Shown: positions 36,204-52,686 of the stretch, one piece after another
Numbering within the stretch: the first letter of the stretch is position 1
Layout: the number at the start of each line of letters is the position of its first letter
NCBI GenBank assembly: GCA_965240325.2
Contig: OZ251227.1
Location: forward strand, 2,232,001 to 2,296,000
Direction of reading: 5' to 3'
Source: Rebecca billardiae RCC1528
Lineage: Eukaryota; Protista; Haptophyta
DNA length: 64,000 bases
The notes under the pieces: generated by a model
Database searches by the model: none
What the model was told of the DNA's origin: nothing
The model's input: the letters and a program-made list of their open reading frames with translations, nothing else
Made by a program: the position numbers and the translations under genes

Positions 36204-39200
36204 ATGGCGACGACACGGCGCGACGAGCTCATCCGGCTGCAGCACGCCGCGCAGGCGAAGTGGGACGTGCGCGCCTGCGCCCGCGGCACGCAGCGATCGG
36301 CTCGGTCCTCGCGCGTGCGCGCGCACTGCGCACGGCGACCGCGGCGATGCTCGCCACATGCCGCCGACGTGGGTGGGTGCGTGCGTGCGCGCCCACGGCG
36401 CGACGCAGGCGTGCAAGGCGTTCGAGGTGGACGCGCCGGAGGGCGCCGCGGGGACATCGGACGAGAAGTTCCTCGTCACCTTCCCGTACCCGTACATGAA
36501 CGGCCGGCTGCACCTTGGCCACGCCTTCACCGTCACCAAGGCCGAGTTTGCCGCCGGGTACCAGCGGATGCAGGGCAAGCGCGCGCTCTTCCCGTTCGGC
36601 TTCCACTGCACGGGCATGCCGATCAAGGCGTGCGCGGACAAGCTGAAGAACGACTACGAGAAGTACGGCTCGCCCATTCCCAACTTCCCCACGGCGGCGC
36701 CGACGATCGGCAGCGTCGACGGCACGACGGTGCACCTGGTGCGCGCGCGCGCGCTCTCGCGCTCGCGCGCGCGTGTGGCCGGCGCGCCGTGCGCGCACGC
36801 GCGCGCGCGCTCACGGCGTGCCCGGCGTGCCGCCCGTCGCGCGCCCTCGCCGCCGAGCGCGCGCAGCAATGGAACCCGCCCACCTCGACGGGCGGGCACG
36901 AGCTCGTCGGCTACGAGCTCTACGTGCGGCAGCGCGTCGGCGACGCGTCGGAGGCGGGTGCAGAGTGGGTGCTGCACGCAGAGGGCGCGTTTGAGAGCGC
37001 GGAGGACCCGGCGGGGCCGCGCACGGCGAGCGTGTCGGGGCTGACGACGGGCGCGCGCGCGTCCTTCGCCATCGGCACCAAGCTCGCCGGCGGCGTCGCG
37101 GGGCAGCGCTCCAAGGGCACCGACGAGATCACGGTCGGCAAGGAGGCGGCGGCGAGCGCGGACGCGGCGGCGGCCAAGGGCGGCGGCAAGGGCGGCAAGA
37201 AGGCCAAGTCGAAGGTGGCGGCGAAGACGGGCGGGCTGACGCACCAGTGGGACGTGATGCGCTCGATGGGCATGCGCCCCGACGAGATCCTCCCCTTCGT
37301 CGACCCGTACCACTGGCTGAAGCACTTCCCGCCGCTCGGCGCGACCGACCTGAAGCAGTTTGGCGCGTGCATCGACTTCCGCCGCTCCTTCATCACGACG
37401 GACATGAACCCGTACTACGACGCGTTCGTGCGGTGGCAGTTCAACAAGCTGCGCGCCGCGGGCAAGGTCAAGTTCGGCAAGCGCCCCGCCGTCTACTCGC
37501 CCGTCGACGGGCAGCCGTGCATGGACCACGACCGGCGCTCTGGCGAGGGCGCGGCGCCGCAGGAGTACACGGGCATCAAGCTCAAGCTGCTCGAGCTGCC
37601 CGCGTGCATGAAGGCGCTCGAGGGGCGGCCGGTGTACGCGATCGCGGCGACGCTGCGCCCCGAGACCATGTGCGGCCAGACCAACTGCTGGGCCCTCCCC
37701 TCGGGCACGTACGGCGCGTACGACGTCGGCAACGGCGCGCGGGACGTGTACGTGCTCTCGCACCGCGCGGCGCGCAACATGGCGTTCCAGGACATCTTCC
37801 CCGAGTTCGGGAAGAGCTCGTGCCTGATGGAGGTGCCGGGCTCGGCGCTGATCGGCGTGCCGCTCCACGCGCCGCTCTCGCCGTACGAGCGCGTGTACAT
37901 GCTGCCGCTCCTCTCGATCAAGATGAACAAGGGCACGGGGATCGTCACGTCGGTGCCGTCAGACTCGCCTGACGACTACGCCGCCTTCACCGAGCTCAAG
38001 AAGCCGAAGAAGCAGGAGTACCACGGGCTCAAGCCGGAGTGGGTCGACCCGTTCGAGCTGGTGCCGATCATCGAGATCCCCGAGATCGGCAAGTGCGCCG
38101 CCGAGGCCATCTGCCTCAAGCTCGGCGTGCAGGGCCCGGGCGACGCCGAGCGCCTCGCCGAGGCGCACGACATCGTGTACACGCAAGGCTTCTACAAGGG
38201 CGTGATGGCGGCGGGGCAGTTCGTGGGGCGGAGCGTGCAGGAGGCGAAGCCGCTGTGCAAGGCGGCGATGGTCTCCGCGGGCGACGCCTTCACCTACCTC
38301 GAGCCCGAGCGCGAGGTCATCTCCCGCTCGGACGACGAGTGCGTGGTCGCCTTGGTCGACCAATGGTACCTTGTGTATGGAGAGCCTTCTTGGAAGGGGG
38401 CGGTCATGCGGCACGTCAAGGAGACGATGGACATGTACAACCCGCTGGTGCTCGCCTCGTTCGTCGACACGCTCGAGTGGCTCTCCGACTGGGCGTGCTC
38501 GCGCTCCTTCGGCCTCGGCACGCGCATGCCGTGGGACGCCCAGTTCCTGATCGAGTCGCTCTCCGACTCGACCATCTACATGGCCTACTACACCGTGGCC
38601 CACCTGCTGCAGGGCGGCGACATCACGGGGCAGAGCGTGGGGCCGGCGGGGATCAAGGCGTCGGAGGTGACGGACGAGCTGTTCGACCACGTCTTCCTCG
38701 GCAAGCCCGCCCCGCCCGCCCTCCCCGCCGCGCCGCTCGCCGCCATGCGCCGCGAGTTCCTGTACTGGTACCCGCTCGACCTTCGCGTGTCGGGCAAGGA
38801 CCTGATCGGCAACCACCTCACGATGGCGCTGTACAACCACGCCGCGGTGTGGGCGGAGGCGCCGGAGCTGTGGCCGCGCGGGATGTTCACGAACGGGCAC
38901 GTGCTCGTCGACAACAAGAAGATGTCCAAGTCCGAGGGCAACTTCCTCACGCTCACCGACGCGTGCGACAAGTTCTCGGCGGACGCGACGCGCTTTGCGT
39001 GCGCGGACGCGGGCGACGGCACCGACGACGCAAACTTCGCCTTCGAGACGGTGGACACGGCGATCAAGAAGCTGGTGAAGGAGCTGGACTGGATGAAGGA
39101 GTCGCTGGCGGCGGAGGCGGAGCGCGCCGCCGACGCCGCCGGCCGCGGCGCCGCCTCGCCCGCCGACGCCGCCTTCGCCGACCGTTACTTCAGCAACGAG

Positions 39201-41288
39201 CTGCTTCGGCTGGGCAAGGCGTGCGCGCACGCGTTCGAGCGCATGCAGTTTCGCGACGCGCTCCGCTTCGGCTTCTACGAGCTGCAGGACGCGCGCGACC
39301 GGTACCGGCTGCTCGCGCCGGGCGGCGTGATGCACCGCGCGCTGCTGCTCCGCTTCATCGAGTGGCAGGCCCTCCTCCTCGCGCCCATCTGCCCGCACTG
39401 GGCGGAGGCCGTCTGGGAGATGCTAGGCAAGCGCGGCTGCATCGTGCACGCGCGCTGGCCGGCCGAGCTGCGCAGCGCGGAGGTGGACAAGGTGCTCGAC
39501 GCGCAGGGCGCGTACCTGCTCAAGGCGACGCGCGCGATGCGCGCCGAGCTCGACAAGCCGAAGAAGCCCACGAAGGGCGGCGGCGCGCCCCCGCCGCCCG
39601 CCAAGCCCACGTGCGTGCACGTGTACGTCGCGCGCGAGGTGCCGGCGTGGAAGCGCGTCGTGATCGGCGTGCTCAAAGAGCACTTCGACGCGGCGACGAA
39701 CGAGGTGAGCAACGAGGCGCTCAAGGCGCTCGGCGGCGTGGAGGAGCTGAAGCCGAAGGGCAAGCACCCCGCGCAGTTCGCCGCCGTCGTGCGCGCCGAG
39801 CTCAAGGAGCGCGGCCCCGCCGCCTTCGACCTGACCGTGCCGTTTGACGAAGCCGAGGTCCTCCGTGAGAACGCAGAATACGTCACCAAGACCCTCGACG
39901 TGGGCGCGATGGTGGTGGTGGACGCGGCGTCGGCGGAGGCGACGGACGCGAAGGCGGCCGAGAGCGCGCAGCCGCTCGCGCCCGCCGCCGTCTTCTCCGC
40001 CCCCGCCGCGCGCCTACCCGCCGCCGAGTACGTCGAGCGCCACGAGCTCGCAGCCGTGCTGCACGCTGCCGTTAACGAGTGCGTGCGCGAACAGCCCGAG
40101 CGGCCTCTCGAGTTCCTCGCCGCGCAGCTGCTCGAGCGGAGCAAGGGGGCGGCGGGGAAGGGCGGCGCGCCGGTGCCGAAGGGGGCCACGCCGCCGCCCA
40201 AGCCGCCGCCCAAGGACGCGCCCAAGCCCGCCAAGGGCGGCGGCGCAGCCGGGGGCGCGCCCAAGCCGGCGGCCGCAGGCAAGGTGTGCGCACGCGCGCG
40301 CGCGGCGTGCGCGGAGCGCCCAGCGTGCGCGCGCGCGCGCGCGCACGCCGCCGCCGCTCGGCCCGAGCCTCGCCTCACAGCACGGCCGCGCGTGTCGCGC
40401 GTGTCGCCCCGCGCCCGCCCCTCCGCGCCTCGCAGCCCGCCGACGACGGCCGCGCCAAGGCGCTGAAGGCGGCGGTCAAGGAGGGCGGCAAGAAGGCCGT
40501 CGACATTGCGGGCGCGGCCGACATGACGCTCGGCCTCGAGTTCTACTGGTGCGCGTGTGTGTGTGCGCGTGTGTGTGTGCGCGCGTGTGTGTGCGCGCGT
40601 GTGTGTGCGTACGTGTGTGTGTGTGCGTGCGTGTGTGTGTGCGTGCGTACGTGTGTGTGTGTGTGTGTCGTGTGCGTGCGTGTGTTCGCGCGCGTGTGTG
40701 CGCGCGCGTGTGCGGGTGCGGGTGTGTGTGCGCGCGCGCGCGCGCGCGGCGCCGACGCCGACGCGCCGCCGCCTCCCTCCTTCGCGCCACGCGCCGCGCA
40801 CCCGCCACATCCGCCGCACCCGCCGCCCGCGCGCCGCTCGCAGCACTTCCATCGACAGCGCGGGCGGGGAGCTCGAGCTGCTCGACGCCGCGATGGGCGC
40901 GGCGAACGTCGAGGTGGACCCGGCGGCGGAGGAGCGCAAGGGCGGCTCGGGGCACATCGGGAAGGCCTTCTTCTCGGCGGGCGACGGCGCGCTGGTGATC
41001 TGCGCCTACTGCCCCGCGGACAAGCAGGCCAAGCTCGACTGCGCGCACTGGCTCGGCGCGGTGGTGAAGGCGGTGGGCGCGGGCGAGGTGCGCGCGGATT
41101 CGGGCGCGGCGTACGCGCGTGCAGTGGTGCCCAAGGACGAGGGCAAGGGCAAATTCCCGCTCAAGATGAAGGAGGAGGGCATCGCCGCCGCCATCGCCTA
41201 CCTGAAGGAGCGCGGCCTCTTCCCCGAGACGAACGACGACTCGGACGACGAGCCCGCCTACGGCGACGACGCCTTCGACGACCTGTGA
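36204..41288 (+). CDS. LARS1: Cytosolic leucyl-tRNA synthetase with FN3 insertion and C-terminal extra domains
   Basis: [64 protein letters not shown]. Inferred introns about 36267-36408, about 36739-36866, 40284-40435 and 40549-40843. Confidence 0.95.
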
Positions 41289-41465
41289 GGCTGTTGGGGC
41301 AGTAGACAGACGCGCCAGTAGTATAGTGTTTCACGTCAGTAACAGTACTGTCCGGCGGTGTCCTACTCACTACTGGAACCGCGCGCTGGGCATCATAGCA
41401 GCATATTGACTGCGCGCTATATATACTAACTGCCGTATCTGCATGCGACTATAACGACGCGCATA

Positions 41466-44899
<3,434 letters not shown>

Positions 44900-45604
44900 A
44901 ACTCACTGATGACGTAGTACGTAGCAGTACTAAGCGAAGCCTATACTCACTCCGGGTCCGGTTCCGCAGGCGTTCCGACGCCGGCTATAATAAACGGCAA
45001 CTACGCGGCGATATCGTAGTCGCTGCTGCTGATGATTATTAGGCATAACCACTACGACACCAGCATCGACGATCGTCGTCGTCATCATCCGAGATGACTG
45101 CTGCTCATATAACTGATATAACATGCACTTGATGAGATGTGATCCGGGACTACATGCCTGATGATGTCGCGCATGATGACTGCTAGTGTAAGTGATGCCG
45201 ATCGTCGTCTCGGCTCTCACGTTCGTCTGCTGACAGCGTGTCACAGACCGAGACGTCTGTGTCACACTCACAGTAAGCGCAGAGTAGTAGTTAGTATGTC
45301 GTCGCGTATATACGGCGGTATATAGTACGTGACTGACAGTCGGCTGTCGTCCGATGAAGCTGGCTAGTAGTAGTGGCTCTCTCGGACTGACTGACTAGTG
45401 ACTGGCTCACTCTCAGTACCGTCAAGTACGCGCCGTGCGCTAAGTTACTTTATTTACAAGTGCGCGAGCTCACGACTACTTGACTCAAGGGTCACAAGCG
45501 CACCATCACCAACGTTCCTGCGTGTCGCGGCTGCTTTAATTCACTCGTTCGTATCACCTCGAGCGTCGGGGTCGGGAGATGCACTGCCGGCGCGGGGTCA
45601 CGCG

Positions 45605-45853
45605 TCATAGCACACGGCCCGCGGTGATGTTGTTCTTCTTACTCGCGAGCGGATCGACGCCCGTCTTACGCAGCCGCGCGGCGCCGCCGTTGCGGATCGC
45701 GTCCAGCAGCTCGTCGCGGTGGTCGCCGCCTCCACCGCCGGCGGGCGGTCTGGGCGGTGGCGGCCGGGAGGGGCCGCCCGCCGGCGGCGGCGGCGGTGGC
45801 GGCGGGCCGCCGCCGGGCGGCGGCGGCGGCGGCGGCGGCGGGCCGCCGCCGGG

Positions 45854-45884
<31 letters not shown>

Positions 45885-48800
45885 GGCCCACCGCCGGGCA
45901 TCGGCGGCGGCGGTGGCGGCGGCGGCGGCGGGCCGCCGCCGGGCATCGGCGGTGCGGGCGGCGGCGGCGGCGGGCCTCCGCCGAGCGCTGGTGGGGGCGG
46001 CGGCGGTCCGCCGCCGAGTGTCGGTGGCGGCGGCGGCGGTCCGCCGCCGAGCGCTGGTGGGGGCGGCGGCGGTCCGCCGCCGAGCGCCGGTGGGGGCGGC
46101 GGCGGGCCACCGCCGAGCGCCGGTGGGGGCGGCGCCGCGGCCGCAAGCGCGGCCGGCATCGGCGGCGGCGGCGGCGGCGGCGGCGGCGTGCCACGGCCCG
46201 CAGCAGGCGGCGGCGCCGCCGGCGCCGACGGCGCCGCCGCCGCCGCCTCAGCCCTCGCCGCTCTGCTGGCGGCGGCGGCCGCGAGCCCCGCGCCGAAATC
46301 GGCGCCGCCGAGCCCGGCGGGCATCGGCGGCGGCACGGGCGCCGGCGGCGCTGCGCCGTCGTCGCCCAGCTCGAGCTTCATCGGCAGCTCCCCGCACTTG
46401 GTCTGCAGCACGTTGAGGAAGCGCTGCGCGTCCGCGTTGGCGCCGAGCTTGTCTGCCGCGTCCTGCATCACGTGTGTGATCGCGCGAATCTCGACGTGCT
46501 TGAGCCCCGAGGTGCCGAACGACTTGTACTGCCCCGGCGGGATGGCGCGGCAGTCCGCCGGCTGCATCAGCACGATCCGGACCTCGGGCCGCTTCATCAG
46601 CCGCTGCGCGAGCTCCTTCTGCTCGCCGCTCAGCGTCGCCGGCGGCACGTCCTGCACGGCCAGCAACTTCGCGTAGAGGTGCGTGTACGCCACAGCGTTG
46701 AGCTCGCGGTGCTTGGCGAGCTCGGCGCGTGCGCGCTGGTTCGACGCCTGCGCGCGCTTGCGCTCCTCCTCCTGCTGCTTGCGGTCCTCCTGCTCCTTCT
46801 GCATCCTGAGTGATGCGGGGCAGCACGGCCGCGGAGGTGCGCGCGCGGCCAGCCGCGCGCGCGCACATGCGCGGGCGGGCGCGGGCGCGCTTGAGCAGAG
46901 CCAGGCAGGGCACACGGCGCAAGCGGCCGCGCGTGCGCGCCCGTCCCGCGCGCCCGCCGCAGCAGCCCGCGAGCGCGCGCGTTGCGCGCCGCGCCGCGCG
47001 CCGCGCGCCGCGCGCCGCGCCCGCGCCCGCGCCGCGGCTGCGCACATCTTGAGGCGCACATGCCGCGGCTTGTCAATCATTTCTCCGATCTTGATGGAAA
47101 GGCCCTCTGCGACGCCGCGCAGCTTGGGCGAGACGGTGTCGCTCTCGTCGAGCAGCAGCTTCATCATCTCCACGTACACCTCCTGCAGGTCCACGTCGTT
47201 GAGCCGCAGCAGGATGTCGTAGAGCTCCGGCATCAGCTGCGCCGTGCGCGGCCGGGCCGTCTCGAGTGACGTGATGATCTGAAGCCAGGGGCGGCGCGGG
47301 GCGGGGGGCGGGTGAGCGGCGCGCGCGCGCGGGCGCGCGTGGGCGCGCGGCCGCGCATCACCGCACGGCGCGGAGGGCGGAGCCGGAGCCGGAGCCGGGG
47401 CGGGCGCCGCGGGCACACCCCCCGCCCGCCCGCGCGCGCCCGCCCACGCGCTGAAGCGCAAACAGGTGACAGCGGACGGCGGCGGCGCGCGCGACAACGC
47501 GCGCGCACCGCGTGGTACGTCTCGGCGTAGCGCTGGCGCAGCTCCGCCTCCTCGTCCTGCGAGACGTAGAGGTCGCCGACGATCTTCTTCATCTCGCCGT
47601 TCTGCGACTCGAGCTGCGAGTGCGCCTTCTTCAGCTGCTCCATCTCCTGCTCGCGCGGCCGCGGGGCGCGGGCAAGGGCGCGGGCGCAGGGGGCGGGAGC
47701 GGGGCGCGGGCGTGAGCGCGGGGCGCGGGCAAGGACGGGCGCGCGGCCGGGCGGCGCGGCGCGACGTCGGGGTCGCGGCTGGCTGGGTACCGGCTGGCGC
47801 GGCCGAGGGCGGCGCGGCCGAGGGCGCGCGCTCGCCGGCGCGGCTGGCGCGGCCGAGGGCGCGAGCGCGCGCGTTGGCGGCAGCGCGGCCGTGCCTTCTT
47901 AATGCGCTGGTACTCAGCGTGGACGCGCGCGAGGTCGCGGATGGTCTTGGCGTTCATGCGGTTCTTGCCCGGGCCGGAGCGCGCGGTGTACGAGCCGTCG
48001 CGCGGCGTGGCGGCGGGCTCGGCCGCGCGCGCCTCCTCCTCCTCCTCCGCGCCCTCGTCCTCGTCGTCGCTGACGGGCGACACGAAAATGCCTGCCGCTT
48101 CGAACGTCGCAATCACCTCGGCCGGGATTGGCTCCGAGGAGCGCGCGCCCGGCGGCGGCGTGCCGCTGCGCGCCTTGGACGCGGCGGCCTCCTCCACGGC
48201 CGCCGCGGCCGCGCCGCCCTGCTCCGCCGCTGCGGTGCGCAGCTTGCTCGCCGCGGCCGCGTCGGCGTCGGCGGCGTCCGCGGCCGCAGGCGAGCCCGCG
48301 ACCGCGCCCGCCGCGCCGCCCGCGCCGGGGCTCCCCAGCGGCGAGGCCGCGCCCTCGCCCTTCTTGGGCAGCGAGTCGTACGCGCTCGCGTCGAGCCCGC
48401 CGCCGCCGATCGGCGGCGCGTCGACGAGCGCGCGCCGCGCCGTCTCGCTCCCGCCGCCGGAGACGCGCGGCGTGCGCGAGGTGCCCTTGGTCGCGCCAGA
48501 CGCGCCGGCCTTGGCGGCGGCGGCGCCGCCCGCCGCCGCCGCCGCGCGCCGCCCCTTGCTCGTGCGGCGGCGGCGCTCCTTCTTGTTGTCGGGCTCGAAG
48601 GTGATGGCGGTCGTGAACGCCGCCGAGCCGCCCGCGCCGCCCTCGCCCTCGTCCTCCGACGAGTCCGCGCCCTCGGCGATCTCCGTGTCCGCGTCCGACG
48701 CGGCGCGCTCCTTCTCGGCCGGCGCGACGCTCTGCCGCTTGCGCTCGTGCGACTTGATCTTCACCTCGACGTTCATGAAGAGCTTGAAGTAGGAGTGGAG

Positions 48801-50150
48801 GTTGGCGGAGACCTCCCAGCCCTGCTTGGACGTGAGCGCGTACTTGACCAGGTGCCGCCCCTGCTGCTCCACCGGCAAGAAGTCGCACCGCGTCGACCAG
48901 AAGCAGAACTCACGCGGCGTGTACTCCCATTTGGTGATCTCGTCGAAAAGAAACGGCGAGTGCACCGCCTCGCGCGTGACCGGGTGCATCATGTTGATGC
49001 CGGCGGCGTGGCAGCCGAGCAGGAAGTAGCCCGCGTGGAAGAGCTTCGGGTTGTACACGCGGAAGATGTTCATGCCGTACATCGGCAGCCGGCGCACCTT
49101 CTTCAGGTACGTCCGCTTCGCGTCCGCGCGCGTCGCCGCCTGTGACGCGTCCACGCCCAGCCGTGCGAACACCTCGGACACCTTGGCGTGTGCCTCGAGG
49201 ATCTTGGTCGCCCAGTCGTAGTTGGCGGCGTGCTGCGCGTACAGCGTGGAGGGGAGGAGCGCCTCGACGAGCCGCGCCTCGCGCACGTACGGCACCAAGA
49301 ACTCGCGCGCGTCGTGCCGCGCCGGCCCGTGCAGCACGTAGTAGTAGATCGCGGCCAGCTTGACCGCGTCGTGTTTACTCACGTTGAGTACGCCGCGCAG
49401 CACGTCGTCGACCGCCTGGATGAAGACGAGGTGGAGGAAGGCGTCGCTCGACTCCATGAGCGCCTCGTCGGCCTTGACGAAGAGCCGCTTCTTGAACAGC
49501 AGCCGCCCCGGCCCGGCCGCCCCCTTCTTCAGCAGCTGCCGCCCCGGCTTCTGCCGCGGCGGCTCAATAATCACCTTGATCGGCAGCTCGTCGCGCAGCA
49601 GGAAGTGCGTGCCGTCCGGCTTGAGCTCGAAGAGGGCGAAGGTGGAGTGCTCGCCGTCGCGCAGGCCGAGGTCGGCGGCGCACTGCGAGACGAGCTGGCT
49701 CACCGACGTGTGCACCTGGTACGGCAGCACGCGCGACTCGCCGTCCACCGTGTACACGCGCAGCGTGCCGGGCGGGAGCGTGTCGTCCGCGCCGGCGCCG
49801 CGCGTGCCGCCGCGCGAGAGCTTGCGCATGAAGGAGGGGCGGCGGCCGGCGCCGCTGCCGCTGTCATCCTTGCCCATGGACGCAACGTCAAGCTCGATCG
49901 GCACCTGCGCCGAGAGCCGCCGCGCCGACACCGAGCCCTCGTTCACGGAGGTCGACACGGAGTTGGTCACGGAGTTGGTCACGGAGCCGTCCACGCTCAC
50001 TGTGTCGTCGTTGACCGTGCCCGAATTCTGGCGCGCCAGCTTCTGGCGGCGCGTGAAGGAGAGCGAGCGGCCCACCGTGGCTACGCGCTGCATCAGCGAC
50101 TCCCCATTCTTCGACGAGCTCCCCTGCCCTCCGCTCGCATCGACCGGCAT
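45605..50150 (-). CDS. FERM domain + coiled-coil + polyproline + WH2 actin-regulatory protein
   Basis: FERM motifs LRVYTVDG, FALFE, LLFKKRLF, LVFIQAVDDVLRG, AVKLAA, YLKKVRRLPMYG. Poly-Pro GGGPPPPPP repeats. WH2-like RDELLDAIRNGGAARLRKT. Inferred introns 47647-47894 (GC-AG), 47279-47508 and about 46806-47045. Confidence 0.8.
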
Positions 50151-50534
50151 CTCGCCCCTGAGAACTCGCGAGTTCCGGACGCGCGCGCCGCCCAGCTACG
50201 GGCGGGTGGGCGCGGGGTGGTCGGGCGAGGGAGAGGGCTGCGATGAGAGCAGGCCGACCGCGCGCGCCGACGCGGCCCGAGGCGCACGCGGGCTCACCTC
50301 ACGGCCGGGAAGCGCCGAATCCGCCGCGGACCCTGCGCACCACTTGGTGCCCGGGGGGGCGGACGAGGAGCCCACAAGAGCACTGCGCTGTGCCCAACCC
50401 CACACGCTTTGAGCTTTGCTGGCTTCTTCACAGCCGCCGCGCCCGAGATGAGGCCGGAGATCGAGAAATAGGCTGTGGCGCGCCGGACTCGGATTTCGAT
50501 CCGCTCTTCTTTCATTATTCGTCGCCGAACAAAG

Positions 50535-51263
50535 ATGGCGTGCTGGCTGGTGAGGTGCGGCGTCCTCGGGTACGCGGAGGCGCTACGGCTTCAGCACCGC
50601 CTGGCTGCTCAGCGCCGGGCGCGGGCGCTTCCAGACATGCTGCTGCTCCTCGAGCACCCACATGTCTACACGCTCGGCAAGCGTCGAGAAGCCGCCCAGC
50701 GCAACATCCTCGCAGATGACGCTGCGCTGCGGGCCATGGGCGCGACTGTCGAGACTTGCGACCGCGGGGGCGACGTGACATACCACGGGCCCGGGCAGCT
50801 GGTCGGCTACCCGATCATGGATCTACGCGAGCTGCCGCATCGAAGCGTGCGCCGGTACGTCGAGTCCCTCGAGGACATCATGATCGGTTGCGCGGGCGCA
50901 TACGGCATCCAGGCGCACGGCAGGCGGCCAGAGGAGACGGGCGCGTGGGTGGGCGACCGCAAGCTGGGGGCGATCGGGGTGCGCGTGCACCGCTGGGTCA
51001 CGACGCACGGCTTTGCTCTCAACGTCAGCACCGACCTCGACGCTTTCCGTCACATCCTGCCCTGCGGACTTGCCGACCGCGGCGTGACGTCGCTCCACGC
51101 CGAGCTGACCCGGCAGCGAGCGATCAGCGCGCCGAGCGTAGACGAGGTCGCGGCGACGGCCGAGGGGCTGTTCTGCGACGTCTTTGATCGTCGCCAGGCG
51201 CACGTGCCGTTCGCTGACCTGAGCAATGAGCTGGCTCGGGTCGAAGCTGCGAAGGTGGTGTGA
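50535..51263 (+). CDS. lipB: Octanoyl-[ACP]:protein N-octanoyltransferase (LipB/LIPT2)
   Basis: LLLEHPHVYTLGKR, DRGGDVTYHGPGQLVGYPI, RKLGAIGV, HGFALNV, ILPCGL. Confidence 0.95.
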   Translation: MACWLVRCGVLGYAEALRLQHRLAAQRRARALPDMLLLLEHPHVYTLGKRREAAQRNILADDAALRAMGATVETCDRGGDVTYHGPGQLVGYPIMDLRELPHRSVRRYVESLEDIMIGCAGAYGIQAHGRRPEETGAWVGDRKLGAIGVRVHRWVTTHGFALNVSTDLDAFRHILPCGLADRGVTSLHAELTRQRAISAPSVDEVAATAEGLFCDVFDRRQAHVPFADLSNELARVEAAKVV

Positions 51264-52194
51264 CGAGGTCTCGCGGCCGCGCTGATGATTTTCATCTGCG
51301 GCGGCGGGGCCGGCTGACGCGTGCTGTCTAGAATGACTGTCACTCTGATGACGTTGCACGGTCCGAAGACTACATGTGACATCAGTTTTCAGAAAGCTTT
51401 GCAAGCACATCATGCATACTGCCACTGGTTAGCCCGTGCCCGCGCGGCCCGGCCGGCTGCACCCGCGAGTGGTCCGCCACTCCCGCGGGGCTGCCGAGGC
51501 CTTACTCCTTAGGGGCATACTCATAAGTCTTAGCAGGGCTCCTGACGAAGTCGAAGTCGAAAGTTTACGGTAAATACGGCGGATGAATGGCAGTAAGCGC
51601 TTGCCAGTAGTACAAAGTACCGGAGCCGACTACTACGACGACATCATCACAGTACCGACGCGATATACCGACCGTACGTACCGTACTACCGAGTACCGGG
51701 GCGTACGGTACCGTCGACGACTCGGCTCACTTATCACTACAGTTTACTAAGAATAAGAGACGCACACAGCTCAGGCAGGCGAGATTACAGTACAGTACAG
51801 CGGCTTAGTCAGCATGCCGGCGAGCCACCGTTAGTGACTTCGGACCGTCTGAGAGTGAGTGCCCTGCTCACAACGTGTTGCACAGCGCCCTGGCGTTGCA
51901 CAGCGCCCTGGCGTCATCGATCGTCGGATGAGTCGCCGGCACGTTGCCTGCGGCAGAGGCTGCACCATTGGCCACACCGGACCGGTGCGGGCCGGCCCAG
52001 TGGCTCCAAGGCCGGGCTCTGTTGACTGACTGTTGCCCGTGTTGGGAACGGCGACGAACGGCGTCAGCGACTCAGCGAGTCAGCGCCCGCCTTTTATTCG
52101 GCTTTTTGGCTTTTTCGTCCAAAAACTCGGCGGCCTACGAGCCCAGCAAAAATCTCCGCGCATCAAGCGCCCGAGGACCAGGGCGCTCGCCACG

Positions 52195-52686
52195 ATGTCG
52201 ACGCTCAAGACCATCTCGCGAGGCGTTGTCATCGCCTGCATCGCGATCATCATCAACGCGGCGCTTGATGGCATCCGGCGTACGCGCCAGCGCGTCATGC
52301 GTGGACCGCAGTCACCCTCATCCGCGCCACTCGCTCGCCCTCATACGCTGATCCTGAAGCCGCGATTGCCGCCGCGCCCCGCCTGACAGACCGTGAATAC
52401 CTGCACGCTACACATCAGGCATTCACACGGCCACCGATGGTCATCATTGCGCAGTGCCTGTTCGTTCTCGTGGCCTGTACCTGGGGCATCGTGTATGTGA
52501 ACCCCGGCTTGAAGCCGATCCGCATCGTCAGCGGGCAAGACATCAGGTGCGCGGCGGAGACTGCAGAGCGGTGGCACTCCCCTTGTCTCCTCACATGCCC
52601 TGCCCCTCTCTCGTCCTCGCAGGAACTTTGATTACTACATGTCGCGCCCAGCGTTCACGACGTTCGACCACCGCGCTTTCAGGTAA
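52195..52686 (+). CDS. EMC5: ER membrane complex subunit 5 / membrane magnesium transporter MMGT1
   Basis: After removing introns at about 52280-52389 and 52547-52622: ...IINAALDGIRHREYLHATHQAFTRPPMVIIAQCLFVLVACTWGIV...LKPIR...FDYYMSRPAFTTFDHRAFR*. Two TMs and an RPxFxxFxHR motif. The 3' end could continue if GTAAGC at 52683 is a donor. Confidence 0.75.

Noticed and set aside
45579-46813. Gly-rich or Arg-rich plus-strand ORFs
   Set aside because: Antisense shadow of the polyproline region.
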